DNA of 48,355 bases from Octopus sinensis (GCF_006345805.1 NW_021834454.1:1-48355); one strand, 5' to 3'. Positions 1-12,239 are shown, counted from the first letter of the stretch. The notes: generated by a model not told the origin, from the sequence alone. A program made the numbers and translations.

Positions 1-577
1 TCAGCCTTTAAAAGTCATAACATAGCAGTCTTGTGAAGAGAACAGTAATGTGGCAAATACCTTATCATAGAGCATGAAATTATACCCACCTCATTGTGGA
101 TTAACCATGGATAAATCATCGTCTGTGAGTATGAAACACCTCATCATATCTGGAAATTACACCTACACTACGGATTAATTCACCTTCTCTGTGAAGCTAA
201 TAAGCTTTTTAAAACCTGTTGATAAGACTGTGCATCATCATTAAAGAACTTCGGAAGTCTGTTACAACCTGAATCTGCTTTTAATTGAAATTATCTCCAA
301 TGCTTCATGAGTGTAGCCTCACCCACAAGATGTTGGGAGAACTCATATGTGTTTAGATGATGAGTCGGGACACTTTTATCTGCTGCAATATTTGCAACTT
401 TTAATAAAGCCTGTCTTTGTATGAAACAATTGTACTAAAAACTATCCATTCTTGTTGCTTCTTTCTCGTTTATAATCACCCCACATTACTGTATGGTTAA
501 CACCATATAGTTTTCTGGTGCATTAAGTACCGCATTCAAGTGAATTCATTAGAATTGACTGAATCTTAATTGCTTTT

Positions 578-582
<5 letters not shown>

Positions 583-658
<76 letters not shown>
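583..658. repeat. (TA)n microsatellite
   Basis: Direct reading. Confidence 0.98.
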
Positions 659-664
<6 letters not shown>

Positions 665-1049
665 GCTTAGTATCTATCTATATAGCTACATACATTTATA
701 TATATGGTGCTATGTGATAGCATAATATTGGAAAAAATTCAATCGTCAATAAATGTTACGTGACTAAGGTTGCTGGATCACATACATTGCTAGAAATAAG
801 AGTAAAAAAACTCTCAACATTGTAGGAGGAACACAGAAAATATATACATATGCTGAGAGGAGAGGTAACCCCCCCCCCCGATCGGTTCGAGGATCCCATT
901 ACTAGCTTTATTTGTGCCTATGACCATAGGCATCGTCTAAATTTGATACTTTTTCCATGTCTCCTGTTTTCAGGAAAAGCTTCATATATTGCTGAACCAC
1001 CAATGATGTTGGAGAGCATAAAGATTAAAGTTGTAGTTTGAAAAGTTTG

Positions 1050-2140
1050 CTGACATGGAGAGGTGGAAACCAAACGAATAATCACCTGGGTAACAAAACA
1101 CCGCTATCATCACTCCTCGATGCTCTGTGAACACTGAAAAGTCTGTAAGATGTGATATGGAAAGTTGCAACGGAGACTTCTAAGCTCTGCCTGCTCGAAT
1201 AGAGACAATAGTTGGTTTGATTATGTCATGATACCCAACATCTTTGAGTAGGGACATAGGCACAGTTCAGACGGTTATGTGAGTCTGATTTAGACTGTGG
1301 TCAAACACTGACTGGATACAGCGAGGAACGTGGAGGCGCAATGGCCCAGTGGTTAGGGCAGCGGACTTGTGGTCATAGGATCGTGGTTTCGATTCCCAGA
1401 CCGGGCGTTGTGAGTGTTTATTGAGTGAAAACACCTAAAAGCTCCACGAGGCTCCAGCAGAGTATGGTGGTGATCCCTGCTGTACTCTTTCACCACAACT
1501 TCCTCTCACTCTTATTCCTGTTTCTGTTGTACCTGTATTTCAAAGGGCCGGCCTTGTCACTCTCTGTGTCACGGCTAAATATCCCCGAGAACTACGTTAA
1601 GGGTGCACGTGTCTGTGGAGTGTTCAGCCACTTACACGTTAATTTCACGAGCAGGCTGTTCCGTTGATTCGGATCAACCGGAACCCTCATCGTCGTAACC
1701 GACGGAGTGCTTCCACTCCACAGCGAGGAACGCATACACCAGGATCTGTGGTTGTCTTGAGGCCGTCGTGGAAGCTAAGGGCATCTACTGTGAATAAACA
1801 GTGTCAACAGTGTTTGTCGGGGGATTTCCACCCCATTCACCAGTCCCAAATGTTGGCCTCCTAATTACACTGATTATAATGCAGTAAATCACTATGTGTT
1901 AGGTGCGGTTGAGAATGACACCCACCGCTTTGTCCGCACCACCAATGCAGAGATGCTGGTCAAGATCAAAGACATATCCGAAGATCATCCCAGGGTTGCA
2001 GCGAGGAACGCATGCGCCAGGTACCGTGGTAATCTTGACTCCGTAGTGGAAGCTAAAGGCGTCTACTGGGAATAAACTGTTATCTCCCGTCCATTATATA
2101 GTTGATATATTTTGATATCTTAAAAACTATATTCATTTTT
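1050..2140 (+). mobile_element. Decayed Tc1/mariner-superfamily transposon, interrupted by a SINE
   Basis: 1836-2075 reads open as FTSPKCWPPNYTDYNAVNHYVLGAVEND...AARNACARYRGNLDSVVEAKGVYWE*, a degenerate WPPxSPDLNPLDYxVWG motif plus typical C-terminus. The upstream fragment (VNTEKSVRCDMESCNGDF, ~1128-1181) matches the copy at ~41600 (LNTVNVVRRHMDSCNQD). Confidence 0.75.
1331..1719 (+). mobile_element. tRNA-derived SINE, family A, full length with 13-bp TSD
   Basis: Pol III A box (TGGCCCAGTGG) and B-box-like GGTTTCGATTCC. TSD ACAGCGAGGAACG at 1318-1330 and 1720-1732. Close copy at 34939-35256. Confidence 0.92.
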
Positions 2141-2189
2141 GTACGGAATGTATTATCTTCTGGTCTGAGCACAATGTTAATAGGCATGT

Positions 2190-2343
2190 CGCCCGTCTTT
2201 TCTAGTTTAAATTCCGCAGAGGTTGACTTTGCAGTTCATCCTTTCGATATCGATAAAAAGAATGTATTAGTCGAGTGCTAGGGTCGATGTAATCGATTTA
2301 TTCTCTCCACCCAAATTGCTGGTCTTGTGTCAAACTTTGAAAT
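2190..2343 (+). mobile_element. SINE family B, degraded 3' part
   Basis: Matches the AAATTCCGCCGAGGTCGACTTTGCCTTTCATCCTTTCGGGGTCGATAAA core of the copies at 23388 and 29817. Confidence 0.7.
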
Positions 2344-2933
2344 TCGATATTTAGCATGTTACGTTCGCTATTGTGTCTTCAATACACTAGCAATATAGTC
2401 TGGCATATCAATTCTCTGTATATTAATTCAATATATCTGACGTTTAGCTTTAATTTAGTCACTTCATTTATTCTAAGATTTTTTAAACCATTTTTTTCAT
2501 ACATATTTAATTTAAACGCCAATCTCGGCAACATATATATGTCGAACAATATACCACTTTTTTATACAATACAATCAAATATATTGTGTCTATTATCTCT
2601 TAAATGGTTTACGCAGCGGCATTTTTCCAAATTCTACAGCCTAGAATGGTAGACTGACACAAATTTTAGTTTGTAATAATATCACGATTCAAACATTTCT
2701 CCGCAAGTCGGTTAATTGGATAAACAATCTTTTGTGAGATTGTGCCATCTTTTTGGTTTACACTTTGTTTTGATCTGACATCTAGTTCTGCTTTTTTCAT
2801 GTAACTATATTTTTCCGCTTTTGATAAACACACTTTCTGAATTTGTAGTTAGCATACCTAAGGATCTAGGGATCTAAGGATTGGATAGGCCCACTTCAAT
2901 ATTCTATCTTCTCTCTCTTTCCCTCTTCATTTT

Positions 2934-2934
2934 A

Positions 2935-2970
<36 letters not shown>

Positions 2971-2987
2971 AATATATAGATATATAC

Positions 2988-3026
<39 letters not shown>

Positions 3027-3119
3027 ACACAACACACACAACAACACACACAACACACACAAACACCATATATTATTATATAATATATATATACATATTT
3101 ATATATACATATTATATAT
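2934..3119. repeat. Compound (TA)n/(CA)n microsatellite
   Basis: Direct reading. Confidence 0.95.
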
Positions 3120-3120
3120 G

Positions 3121-3410
3121 TGGAGGCCAATGGCCCAGTGGTTAGGGCAGCGGACTCGTGGTTGGAGGATCGCGGTTTCGATTCCTAGGCCGTGTGTTGT
3201 GAGTGTTTATTGAGCGAAAAACCTAAAAGCTCCACGAGGCTCCGGTAGGGGCTAGTACTCTTTCACCACTCTTTCTCCCACTCTTTCTTCTGTTGGCCTG
3301 GTCGCTTAGCCAGCGGGGTGGCGTCATTCAAAGACTAAAACAATGCGAACGCATTGTGACCAGCGATGTGTAAAAACATCTGATGGTCTGGTCGGTCACG
3401 AAAAAAAAAA
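3121..3410 (+). mobile_element. SINE with family A tRNA head and a different 3' half, ending in an A-tract
   Basis: Head close to 1331-1500. The 3' part diverges and ends GGTCGGTCACG-A11. Confidence 0.85.
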
Positions 3411-3806
3411 ATTATATATATATATGTGTGTGTGTGTATGTATATATATATATATATATTCACCAAAAACGCCGGCATCTTTTGGACAATTACGGTCCCT
3501 GTTTGCGTATATGTTTTCATATACAGCAAGCTGTGTTAACTAATGATGGCAACAGAAATTGCTGAATCTAACGCCAGTTTTAATTCTCGGTAGGGAGTTT
3601 TAGGACAATTATGATCCATGTTAGTGTATATGTTTACATTCAAGTGCGTTAACAACAGCATTAAAGCGTATTAATTCTTACTTCTAGCAATGTAGATGTT
3701 TTTTTAACATCTTAGTCAAATTTAGCGACAATTATAATTCTCCTTTCAGATGAAACATTGCAACATACTGTTTAAATTAATGTATGCACATTAGTGAATT
3801 GTTTAA

Positions 3807-4028
3807 CCCTTTTGTTACTGTATTTATTTTGAAATGCTCTGTATTTCTTTCAATTACTTTAAATATAACAAAGAATTTAGAAAAAATTACTTGGTTATCA
3901 TTAAGCTACTGCTAGGAACATAAATTGTGATTAAGGTTTGGTGGAAGATTTTAATTCAAAACTTATGAAAACAAGACATTTGTGCTATAGAGCTAGAGCC
4001 GGCTTCAGCCGGGTTGGTAACGAAAGGG
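3807..4028. mobile_element. piggyBac-type MITE (~222 bp)
   Basis: TTAA (3803-3806) then CCCTTTTGTTAC...GTAACGAAAGGG terminal inverted repeats (11/12 match). Right TTAA is mutated. No ORF. Confidence 0.75.
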
Positions 4029-4147
4029 TATCCATAAATTTGATTGACGGAAACATCTATGGTAACAGAGAAATAGGTCCGGAAAAGGGTCGAACAGCGA
4101 GCTGGTTTAACTGATGATGAAAACAGAAACTGGCAAAACTGACTCCC

Positions 4148-4194
<47 letters not shown>

Positions 4195-4213
4195 CTCTCT
4201 CTCTCTCTCTCTC

Positions 4214-4622
4214 TCTTTTACTCTTTTACTTGTTTCAGTCATTTGACTGTGGCCATGCTGGAGTACCGCCTTTAATCGAGCAACTCGACCCCGGGACTTA
4301 TTCTTTGTAAGCCCAGTACTTATTCTATCGGTATTGTTTTGCCGAACCGCTAGGTGACGGGGACATAAACACGCCAGCATCGGTTGTCAAGCAAAGCTAG
4401 GGGGACAAACACAGAAACACAAACATACACGCGCACACACATATACATATATATATATACATATATACGACGGGCTTCTTTCAGTTTCCGTCTACCAAAT
4501 CCACTCACAAGGCTTTGGTCGGCCCGAGTCTATAGTAGAAGACACTTGCCCAAGGTGCCACGCAGTGGGACTGAACCCAGTACCATGTGGTTGGTAAACA
4601 AGTTACTTATCACACAGCCACT
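4214..4622 (-). mobile_element. tRNA-derived SINE family C (CORE-like CCTTGGGCAAGTGTCTT motif, internal TA/TG microsatellite)
   Basis: Minus strand: TGGCTGTGTGAT A box, GGTTCAGTCCC B box, AAAAGAGTAAAAGAG tail. Many copies in the window. Confidence 0.9.
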
Positions 4623-4623
4623 G

Positions 4624-4920
4624 GGTAAAAATTGAATATTAATTTGATTAATATCAATTTAAGCCAGTGGCCTAGCATATTAAAAAAAATTGAAGATTCA
4701 GAGAAATTATATTACATACAGATAAGGGGGATGACCACTAAGTGGACACCCAATATGCTAGAGGTAGATTCCACATGGTCTGACCACTAAGAAAAGATTG
4801 TTCTCAAGATAATTCTGGCGTTTCCTGAATTTTCTTGAGAACAATCTTTTCTAAGTGGTCAGATGTTATGGGATCTACATCCAGCATATTGAGTGTCCAC
4901 TTAATGCTCATACTTCTTAT
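4624..4920. mobile_element. Fold-back cassette (PLE pseudo-LTR-like), arms 4722-4815 / 4827-4920
   Basis: Imperfect ~94 bp inverted repeat ending in (TA)n. A related direct copy follows at 4968-5165. Confidence 0.7.
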
Positions 4921-4967
4921 ATATATATATATATATATATATATAGATATATTTATAAATTTAAAAT

Positions 4968-5165
4968 AATAAGGGTGAAAAATTGAATATTAATTTGAAG
5001 AATATCAATTTAAATCCAGTGGTCTAGCATATAGAATAAAATATATTATATACATATAAGAGGGGGGACGACCACTAAGTGGACATCCATATGCTAGAAG
5101 TCGACCACCTATGGTCCTACCACTAAGAAAGGAATGTTGTCAAGACAATTTACCAAACGCCAGAC
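4968..5165. mobile_element. Second, diverged copy of the leader and left arm of the 4624 cassette
   Basis: Shares AAAATTGAATATTAATTTGA, CCAGTGGYCTAGCATAT and GACCACTAAGTGGACA with 4624-4815. Confidence 0.75.
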
Positions 5166-5858
5166 CGTAAGCGAGCAAGACAAATGAAAATATACAAAAT
5201 ATACAGATTAAACTGGCTTGTGATTAATCTGTTTATTTTGTATATTTTCATTGCATTACTCGCTTACGTTTTCGCGTTTGCTAAATTTTCTGGAGAACAT
5301 TCCTTTCTTTTTGGTAGTCATTTGTATATATATATATATACACAAATGATTGAGTTGTTGTGGCCTTTCTTTTCCCCACTCTTTCTTGTTTATCAAACAA
5401 TGTATTTGTCCCTTCAATGTTCGAAATATATTTATTCTTCTATATATTTATACACAACTATTCACTTATTGTCCATATCCGTTCATTTATTTCTCTAAAA
5501 ACCCCAGTCTTCCCAAATGAGTAATCTTTACGTATATGTGTGTGTGTGTGTGTGTGTATGTGTAGGCATATGATAAGTGTGTGTTTCATTATGTAACATG
5601 TGTGAATGTTGTGTAAAGATTTGGCACATGTATTCTGTACATACGACCATCATATTGCTGTGCTTATAACATTCAAAACACGCATATCATTTTCTTTTCT
5701 TTAATTTTCATTTTCTATCAAACATCAGCGGTCAATGTAATCATTTGTTTCCTTACTGCAAAGACAGATTCTCTTGAGTAACAACGTCAAGAGCGACAAC
5801 AATGTTACATACAAGAAAAATGAGAACTCTCATAACAATGATGGTGATGATGATGATA

Positions 5859-5890
<32 letters not shown>

Positions 5891-6002
5891 CAACAATAAT
5901 GCTAATAATAATGTTTTTTTAACTCTTCCAACGTCATCTTTCAATCTGACGCTATATCTCAATATCCAACAGTAAATGTGTTTTCTTATTTTTTCTTCAA
6001 AC

Positions 6003-6004
<2 letters not shown>

Positions 6005-6050
<46 letters not shown>

Positions 6051-6294
6051 CATATATACAAACATAAATATAATACATATGTGTGTGGGTAATATGTAAG
6101 CACCTAGATACATGTCCACTAATATATACATAGGCATATGCTTACACATTTCCATCTTGACACACAGACGCATAAAAAAGAGGTACTCACACATGTGCCG
6201 ATCTTATATCAATGCATGTCCCCAGTGGCACATGTACATAAAAAGTTCAAACCACATTTATGGTCGTATGTGTGAGCATATATTTATGTATGTA

Positions 6295-6345
<51 letters not shown>

Positions 6346-6363
6346 ATATATATACATGTATAC

Positions 6364-6427
<64 letters not shown>

Positions 6428-6593
6428 TACACAGACAAACTCAGAGTTATGTATGTGCATATGTATACACGCACAGAGGTGTATATATATATACTCATAT
6501 TAACACACATTATATACTCTGAAACATACATTGCAGACTCAAAATCATTTATATGCCTTTTATATTTGGTAACGTTTGGAAATAAAAGACAAT

Positions 6594-6640
<47 letters not shown>
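6005..6640. repeat. Microsatellite cluster (TA)n, (GA)n, (TG)n
   Basis: Direct reading. Confidence 0.9.
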
Positions 6641-6641
<1 letters not shown>

Positions 6642-7199
6642 TCTATTATCTCTGTCTTTTATTTGTCTCTTATAAACGTACTTGAACCAAAGCCAAAGTG
6701 TGAATCACTGCTTGTTGTTCTCCAGCAGGCCGGACGCCTACTTGAAATTTCTGAGAGCGCGTGTTATCTTCAAACAGACTCTGTTGAAGCAGAGTAGGTT
6801 CATCCGTTGTTCGGACAGGTTTTGCTTTTGGTCCTGTTGGATTTCTAGTAACCCACCAGGCCAGGTAAGCCGAGTGGGTGTGCAGGGATAGTAAAGTATA
6901 ATCCGACGATGGAACACATTGCAGTGGATTTCATGTTACCAGTAGCAGGGGAAAGTTCACAAATAGCCTGACAGTACATACATAAATACAAAGATGGAGC
7001 ATTGTGTCTTAGTTAGAAACCAGTTCCTTCTTCAGAGGAAGAATTTAAACAGAAGAGACATACATACATACATACATACATACACACATACATACATACA
7101 TACATACATATACATGATGGCTGCAAAGTATGATCGAGTATTGCCAGCGCCTGATCGAAAGTCCCACACACGCGAAGGCTATGACCAACCATTTGTCTG

Positions 7200-7439
7200 A
7201 TATGTCTTCCGTTTTTCGCGTCATGGGGCCGTTTAATGAAGAAGACGCCCGGTGTCCGTGTCTCTGTTCTCGACAGTCTTCGAGCGATCATGAAGGCTAA
7301 AGTTGGACATATTGAATGAAACCTATTTTCATTTGTTACATGACCATGTTTAATTAAATCCTAAAGAATTCGTGTCCCTTTATGTCCTTTACGAAAAAGT
7401 GACTAAAAGTAAATCGGGAATTCTTTACGTCGTACCCTG
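7200..7439 (+). mobile_element. 3' end of a decayed Tc1/mariner element
   Basis: Translates ...LDSLRAIMKAKVGHIE* (typical RLRAxIKAKGGHIE* C-terminus). Ends ...ACCCTG followed by TA. Confidence 0.55.
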
Positions 7440-7800
7440 TATATGTATGTGTGCGTACGCTTGTGTGTCTTTGGGCTTGCACCCCTTTCCTATTCCTCCC
7501 GGCCCTGTTTTCTTTACATCATCGTTACTTAGTAGTAAGCAGTTCACTAAAGGGACCGTTATATTAATTGTTAGGGCCAATTTATTCGACGAAACCCCTT
7601 CAGATATGTGAACCAGTATCACCAAAATACGTAAAGGATAAATCATAAAGGTTTCTCTCTCTCTCATTCTATCACTGCATCAATCAATCAGTTAATCAAT
7701 CAATCAATCAGTTAATCAATCAATCAATCAATATATATATATATATTAATAATATAAGCGTAAAATTAATTAATCTATTAATTAATCAAGTATTTGAAAT

Positions 7801-7864
7801 GCTGCACTGAAGATGGGAATTAAGTAAATATAAATTTTCTTTAATCTTGAAACGTGTACGTAGC
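7801..7864 (+). ncRNA. Minimal type-I hammerhead ribozyme motif (decayed stems)
   Basis: GCTGCA-CTGAAGA-T-stem II (GGGAATTAA/TTAATCTT)-GAAAC-GT-GTA-CGTAGC. Confidence 0.55.
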
Positions 7865-7944
7865 TAATCTGAGTCGTGCGGATTCTTTATTTTTTCTTTT
7901 TGCCTACGTAAAAAAGTGTGTTATTGTCTTGGAGATCTTTACGG

Positions 7945-8256
7945 TAGGAGCTAATGAATTTTAGCTCCTATTTCTAAATCCATGCGTGGCAAAGCAGTTA
8001 GCTGACCCCTAATTATAATTATGTTTATAATCATAGAATATATTTGTTTATCGCCATGATAGATCGGTAGCCACAACACACATTTTTCCTCTCCTTTTTT
8101 TTCTCTCCATGTTTTTTTTTCTGTATCCCTTTCTGTAGAGGAGCGTAGGCTCGAAACGGAAAAGACTTTTTCAATCCTGAGCGTTATACTAATACATCTG
8201 TTTTGTTTTGTACACGACATGTCTTCGTCTTTTGTTTCTTTCGTGAACTCTCCCTA
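7945..8256 (+). mobile_element. PLE-derived 3'-end cassette with hammerhead-like motif, abutting (TA)n
   Basis: Starts with a 10-bp hairpin (7945-7970). Homologous to 15880-16066 (minus strand). Motif at 8129-8164. Confidence 0.6.
8129..8164 (+). ncRNA. Variant minimal hammerhead motif (CUGUAGA core; cleavage site mutated to GGA)
   Basis: CTTT-CTGTAGA-G-GAGC-GTAG-GCTC-GAAAC-GGA-AAAG. Confidence 0.5.
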
Positions 8257-8261
8257 TATAT

Positions 8262-8317
<56 letters not shown>

Positions 8318-8678
8318 GGTAGTTTCACAAAACTTCAAAGGAAGATTAGATTTAATTTTTTCCAATAAGGAATAATAACCAAATGGATTTACTATTAGTT
8401 ACCTTATTTTTAGTGTAACTATATTTGAAAGACGTAGATTTACCTTTAGAACGAAAATAGTGGTTTAGATAAGGGTTATCTCCCTTCCTTTGTTTGGTGT
8501 TGGTGTATAAATTAAAATTGGTATCGTTTCTATCCTTACAACTAGATTTCATATCTCCATTAGTAAATGTAGAATAAGATTAATGGAATTAATTTAGGTA
8601 ACTTTCTCTGTATATCCTGATAGATAACATATCTATCATATTCTGCTAAAATGTCTTATTGATGAGTTTCATTTCTTC

Positions 8679-8767
8679 ATTTCCCCGAAGAGAAGATTAC
8701 ATTGTTTTATATCATTTTGTTCCTTTGGAAAAATACCAGTGATATCTTCGAAACATGTGTCGGAAAT
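8679..8767 (+). ncRNA. Type-I hammerhead motif (U4C)
   Basis: ATTTCC-CCGAAGA-GAAGAT...ATCTTC-GAAAC-ATGT-GTC-GGAAAT. Perfect 6-bp stems I and II, GUC cleavage triplet. Confidence 0.65.
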
Positions 8768-8809
8768 AAAAGAATTTGAATAGCACCTGTGTTATATAGA
8801 AGTATATAT

Positions 8810-9240
8810 AAGTAAGGATAAGATCGTTATTTAAAATATCGGCCGTATCAAGTGGCCAGCATGGGTATAAAAATCTTGTAGGTATCATAATTAAAATTAT
8901 AATTAAGAGTATCTAAGAGATACCAGCATGCTAGTGATAGCAATCAAAACTTGAGTCTAAAACCACTTCATGTATTCATACAGCACCAGGTGAAAAGACA
9001 AATAGCCAAATAAACAAGCACACAAATTTGGAGAATTGCAGATTGGATTTCTGACTCTGTATTAAAATGTACTCTGCCTCGTCAAAGGGACATACACAGA
9101 GCAAAAGATCCGGATCTGGGATTATCCAATAATTTTCTGCTAGTTCATTTCTCTATTTGTCTTTTCACCTCGTGCTGTATGAATACAGGAAGTGTTCCAG
9201 AGTCAAGTTTTGACTGGTGTCTCTAGCATGGTGGTATCTA
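8810..9240. mobile_element. Fold-back cassette, arms ~8918-9005 / 9153-9239
   Basis: For example GTATTCATACAGCACCAGGTGAAAAGACAAATAG pairs with CTATTTGTCTTTTCACCTCGTGCTGTATGAATAC. Abuts a microsatellite. Confidence 0.7.
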
Positions 9241-9265
9241 TAGATAGATAGACAGATACATAGAT

Positions 9266-9370
<105 letters not shown>

Positions 9371-9504
9371 GTATAATATATACATATATATGTATGGCTG
9401 TGCTAATCCTGGAAAGTGTACAGTGGAAAATATTAATAATATTAGAGAAAAATAAATCAGAAAATGCAAGTTTGCTTTCATTTATTTATTACTTACTTAC
9501 AAAG

Positions 9505-9626
9505 ATATAAAATGTCTGGTAAACCACTTCATATTTAGTTCTCTGTAGATGACATATACAAAGCCAAACAGAAAACAAAGAATAAAATAAGCAGTGGTTT
9601 ACCATTTCCTTCCAGACATTTTATAT
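9505..9626. repeat. Imperfect inverted repeat
   Basis: ATATAAAATGTCTGGTAAACCACT versus AGTGGTTTACCA...CCAGACATTTTATAT. Confidence 0.6.
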
Positions 9627-9913
9627 TTCATATATCAATAATGAAATAGGAAAAAATACTTCCGGTTTCAGAGTTATTTTTTCTCTATAAATGTATGTAT
9701 AGATATATGATTATTCATATGTCACTTTATAATAAAAACAATTTAACGTTAAACTGACTTCTATTTGTTATGAAAATATATATTTGACTTGTCTACCAAA
9801 AAGACAAAAAATGTGATTGACTGCGACTTAGAAGTTTTGACTTGCTTGACAGCCCGACGATGAATACTGCACAGAAAAAGTTTAGACACTGCCACCCCAG
9901 TATTTGTAAGTGT

Positions 9914-9961
<48 letters not shown>

Positions 9962-10019
9962 TGTGTATGTGTGTCTGTGTGTGTTGCGTGTGTGAACGCG
10001 TTAATGGGTATATATATAT

Positions 10020-10760
10020 ACAATTTTTTCAGACTGAGATGAAAAAACAGGGCTGAGAAGATTTTAGAATATTTATAACTAGAAAGTCTTACAGCTGTTT
10101 CCAGGATATTTATTATATCCCTTCATTGGAGATGGTGTGAGAAAATGGTTAATCAATAGTTAATTTAGATAAGATACGAAAGAGAGAGTGAAGTGGAGGA
10201 ATGAAAATAGATGTGAGATATGCAGGGACATTGCATTTGTAGATCCATTAATTTGGCAGAATGGTATGCGTATAAGATTCCAATACCTTGTGAGTAAAAT
10301 CCAATATTATTAAAATTAGCTATTCCATGTATAGAGTTTGTACACAGTGCTAGTGAATCGAGGGTTTTATCTAAAGTGACCTAAAACAAAGGAATGTATT
10401 TGTAAGGTCAAATAGAAAACAGGAAGAGAGGAATAATGAAAGGAGATAAAAAGAGAAGAAAAAGGAACAAAAAAGGAGAAAAATGGAAGGGAGGAATAAA
10501 GAAAAGAAGGAAAAAGGAAAAAAAACAAGGAGAGAGATAATAAGAGAAAGCGTACCAGTTTGTGGTCAGTAAAGAAGATTTGAAAGTAGGAATGGAGAGA
10601 TAAGGGTGATATAGAGAGGAAGGTATTAGTGTGTAAAAAGGTGAGATGGGTATGTTAGAGAGAGAGAGAGAGAGATGTATAATAGTGTAAAATGTAAAGG
10701 AGTGTCAGTTATGTAGTGATAGATTCTAAGTGAGGGGCGGAGAGAGGGGTAATAGTATGT
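10020..10760 (-). mobile_element. Probable PLE 3' region (pyrimidine-rich on minus strand) with decayed hammerhead at 10087-10132
   Basis: Minus strand TCT-CCAATGA-A-GGGATAT-AATAA-ATATCCT-G-GAAAC-AGCT-GTA-AGA. Terminates at a TA run. Confidence 0.45.
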
Positions 10761-10764
10761 ACGA

Positions 10765-11402
10765 CTCATACTTTCATTCATTCTTTCAATCAGCCCCTTC
10801 ACACTAACTTCGTTCTTTCCACTCTTCTTTCTTTCGTTCCCGCTCTCTCACATTTCCTGGCTTTCTCTTCATTTTCACATTCCCCCTATTTCATTTCACT
10901 CTCTCCGTTTTTTCTCGTCCCTCCCTAATTCTTTTGTCCCTCTGCCTCTACTTCTCTCCTCTCTCCCCACATGACCTTTCTTTCTTTGTTCGGTTACCAT
11001 CCGTGCAACATCTATATTCCTCCTCAAGCCTGTCATCTCTTATGTCCCTGCCATAAGGCTTCACTTTCACACACCAGCTTATTTTAATTCGTGTTTAGTC
11101 GAAAGACACCTGTTGTTATGTCCTGTTATTTGCATTTGTATTTGTGTACCATTTCTCCGTTTTTCCCGTCCTTGTTTTCGTATACATTCGCTGCTTTCGT
11201 CCAAGGAATCTAATGTTCTTAGCTTAATTGGCCAGATGGGAGCAATCTCGAGTATAAGCAGCCCAAACTGCAAAGATAATGTGGAACTCGACTGAGGAAA
11301 GAAATCTTCGAATGACTCGTCCGTGTTTTTTCTTGTGCCTCTTTTGTATCATATGTGTGGATGTTTCGTTGTCCCCTTTTTGCATCATCTTTTGCATTTT
11401 TG
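10765..11402 (+). mobile_element. Probable PLE 3' region (pyrimidine-rich) ending in (TA)n
   Basis: Same organisation as 8060-8256. Weak CTGAGGA...CGAAT motif at 11291-11310. Confidence 0.35.
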
Positions 11403-11867
11403 TATATATATATATATATAAAATACGTGAATGTACGTATACACACGTGCACACTGCATTGTACCCCAAACAGATATTTGAGCTACAAGATATACAGCAA
11501 TTTTGGATACTGGGTAGTATTTGTATTGATAAGTGTAATATTTTTTAAACATATGGCGCAAACAAGGAGATTTAACAGCAGCCAACGAAGAAGTTTTGAA
11601 GTGAATTTGCGATCTAGTTACTTACAGTTCTATTTTGGGAACTTAATTCCTAAAGTAATCAGCTCTATTAAGACAAGCAACAGTTAGAAAATGATTAGAG
11701 AAAAAGCCAGAATACAACAGAAAAATATAGTTTAGAAACAAATTTTGTGCATATGTTGTCGTTATTGTTGTTTCGCCACAGGTGAGTCGTAATTGAACAG
11801 ATATGGTTAATGAGAAATATTTGAGGTATGATTACTGTTATTTGAAAAGTATATTACCTGCCCGCAT

Positions 11868-11900
11868 ACACACACACATATATACATACATACATACATA

Positions 11901-11971
<71 letters not shown>

Positions 11972-12239
11972 TTACATATATACATATATATATGTACGTA
12001 TATATATAATTTTATATATATATATATCAATTGAACAAGATATTACATAATGAACTTCCTTGATTTACAGTTGTTTCCGCTATAAGAGACAATACACTCA
12101 TAGTTGAGTGTTTGCGTATGAACCAGTAGCTTCCTCAGAGCTTTATGAAGCATAGTTTCATTTAGGTAAAAGGCGTATACATACATCCATACATACATAC
12201 ATACATACATGCATACATATATATACATGCATATATATA

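Noticed and set aside
1331-1410. tRNA gene (also 3121, 20520-20595, 48275-48348)
   Set aside because: A/B boxes run on into repeated SINE bodies, with TSDs in some copies. These are SINE heads.
1425-1864. ORFs similar to the one at 34893-35189, suggesting a gene family
   Set aside because: The similarity is simply two copies of SINE family A.
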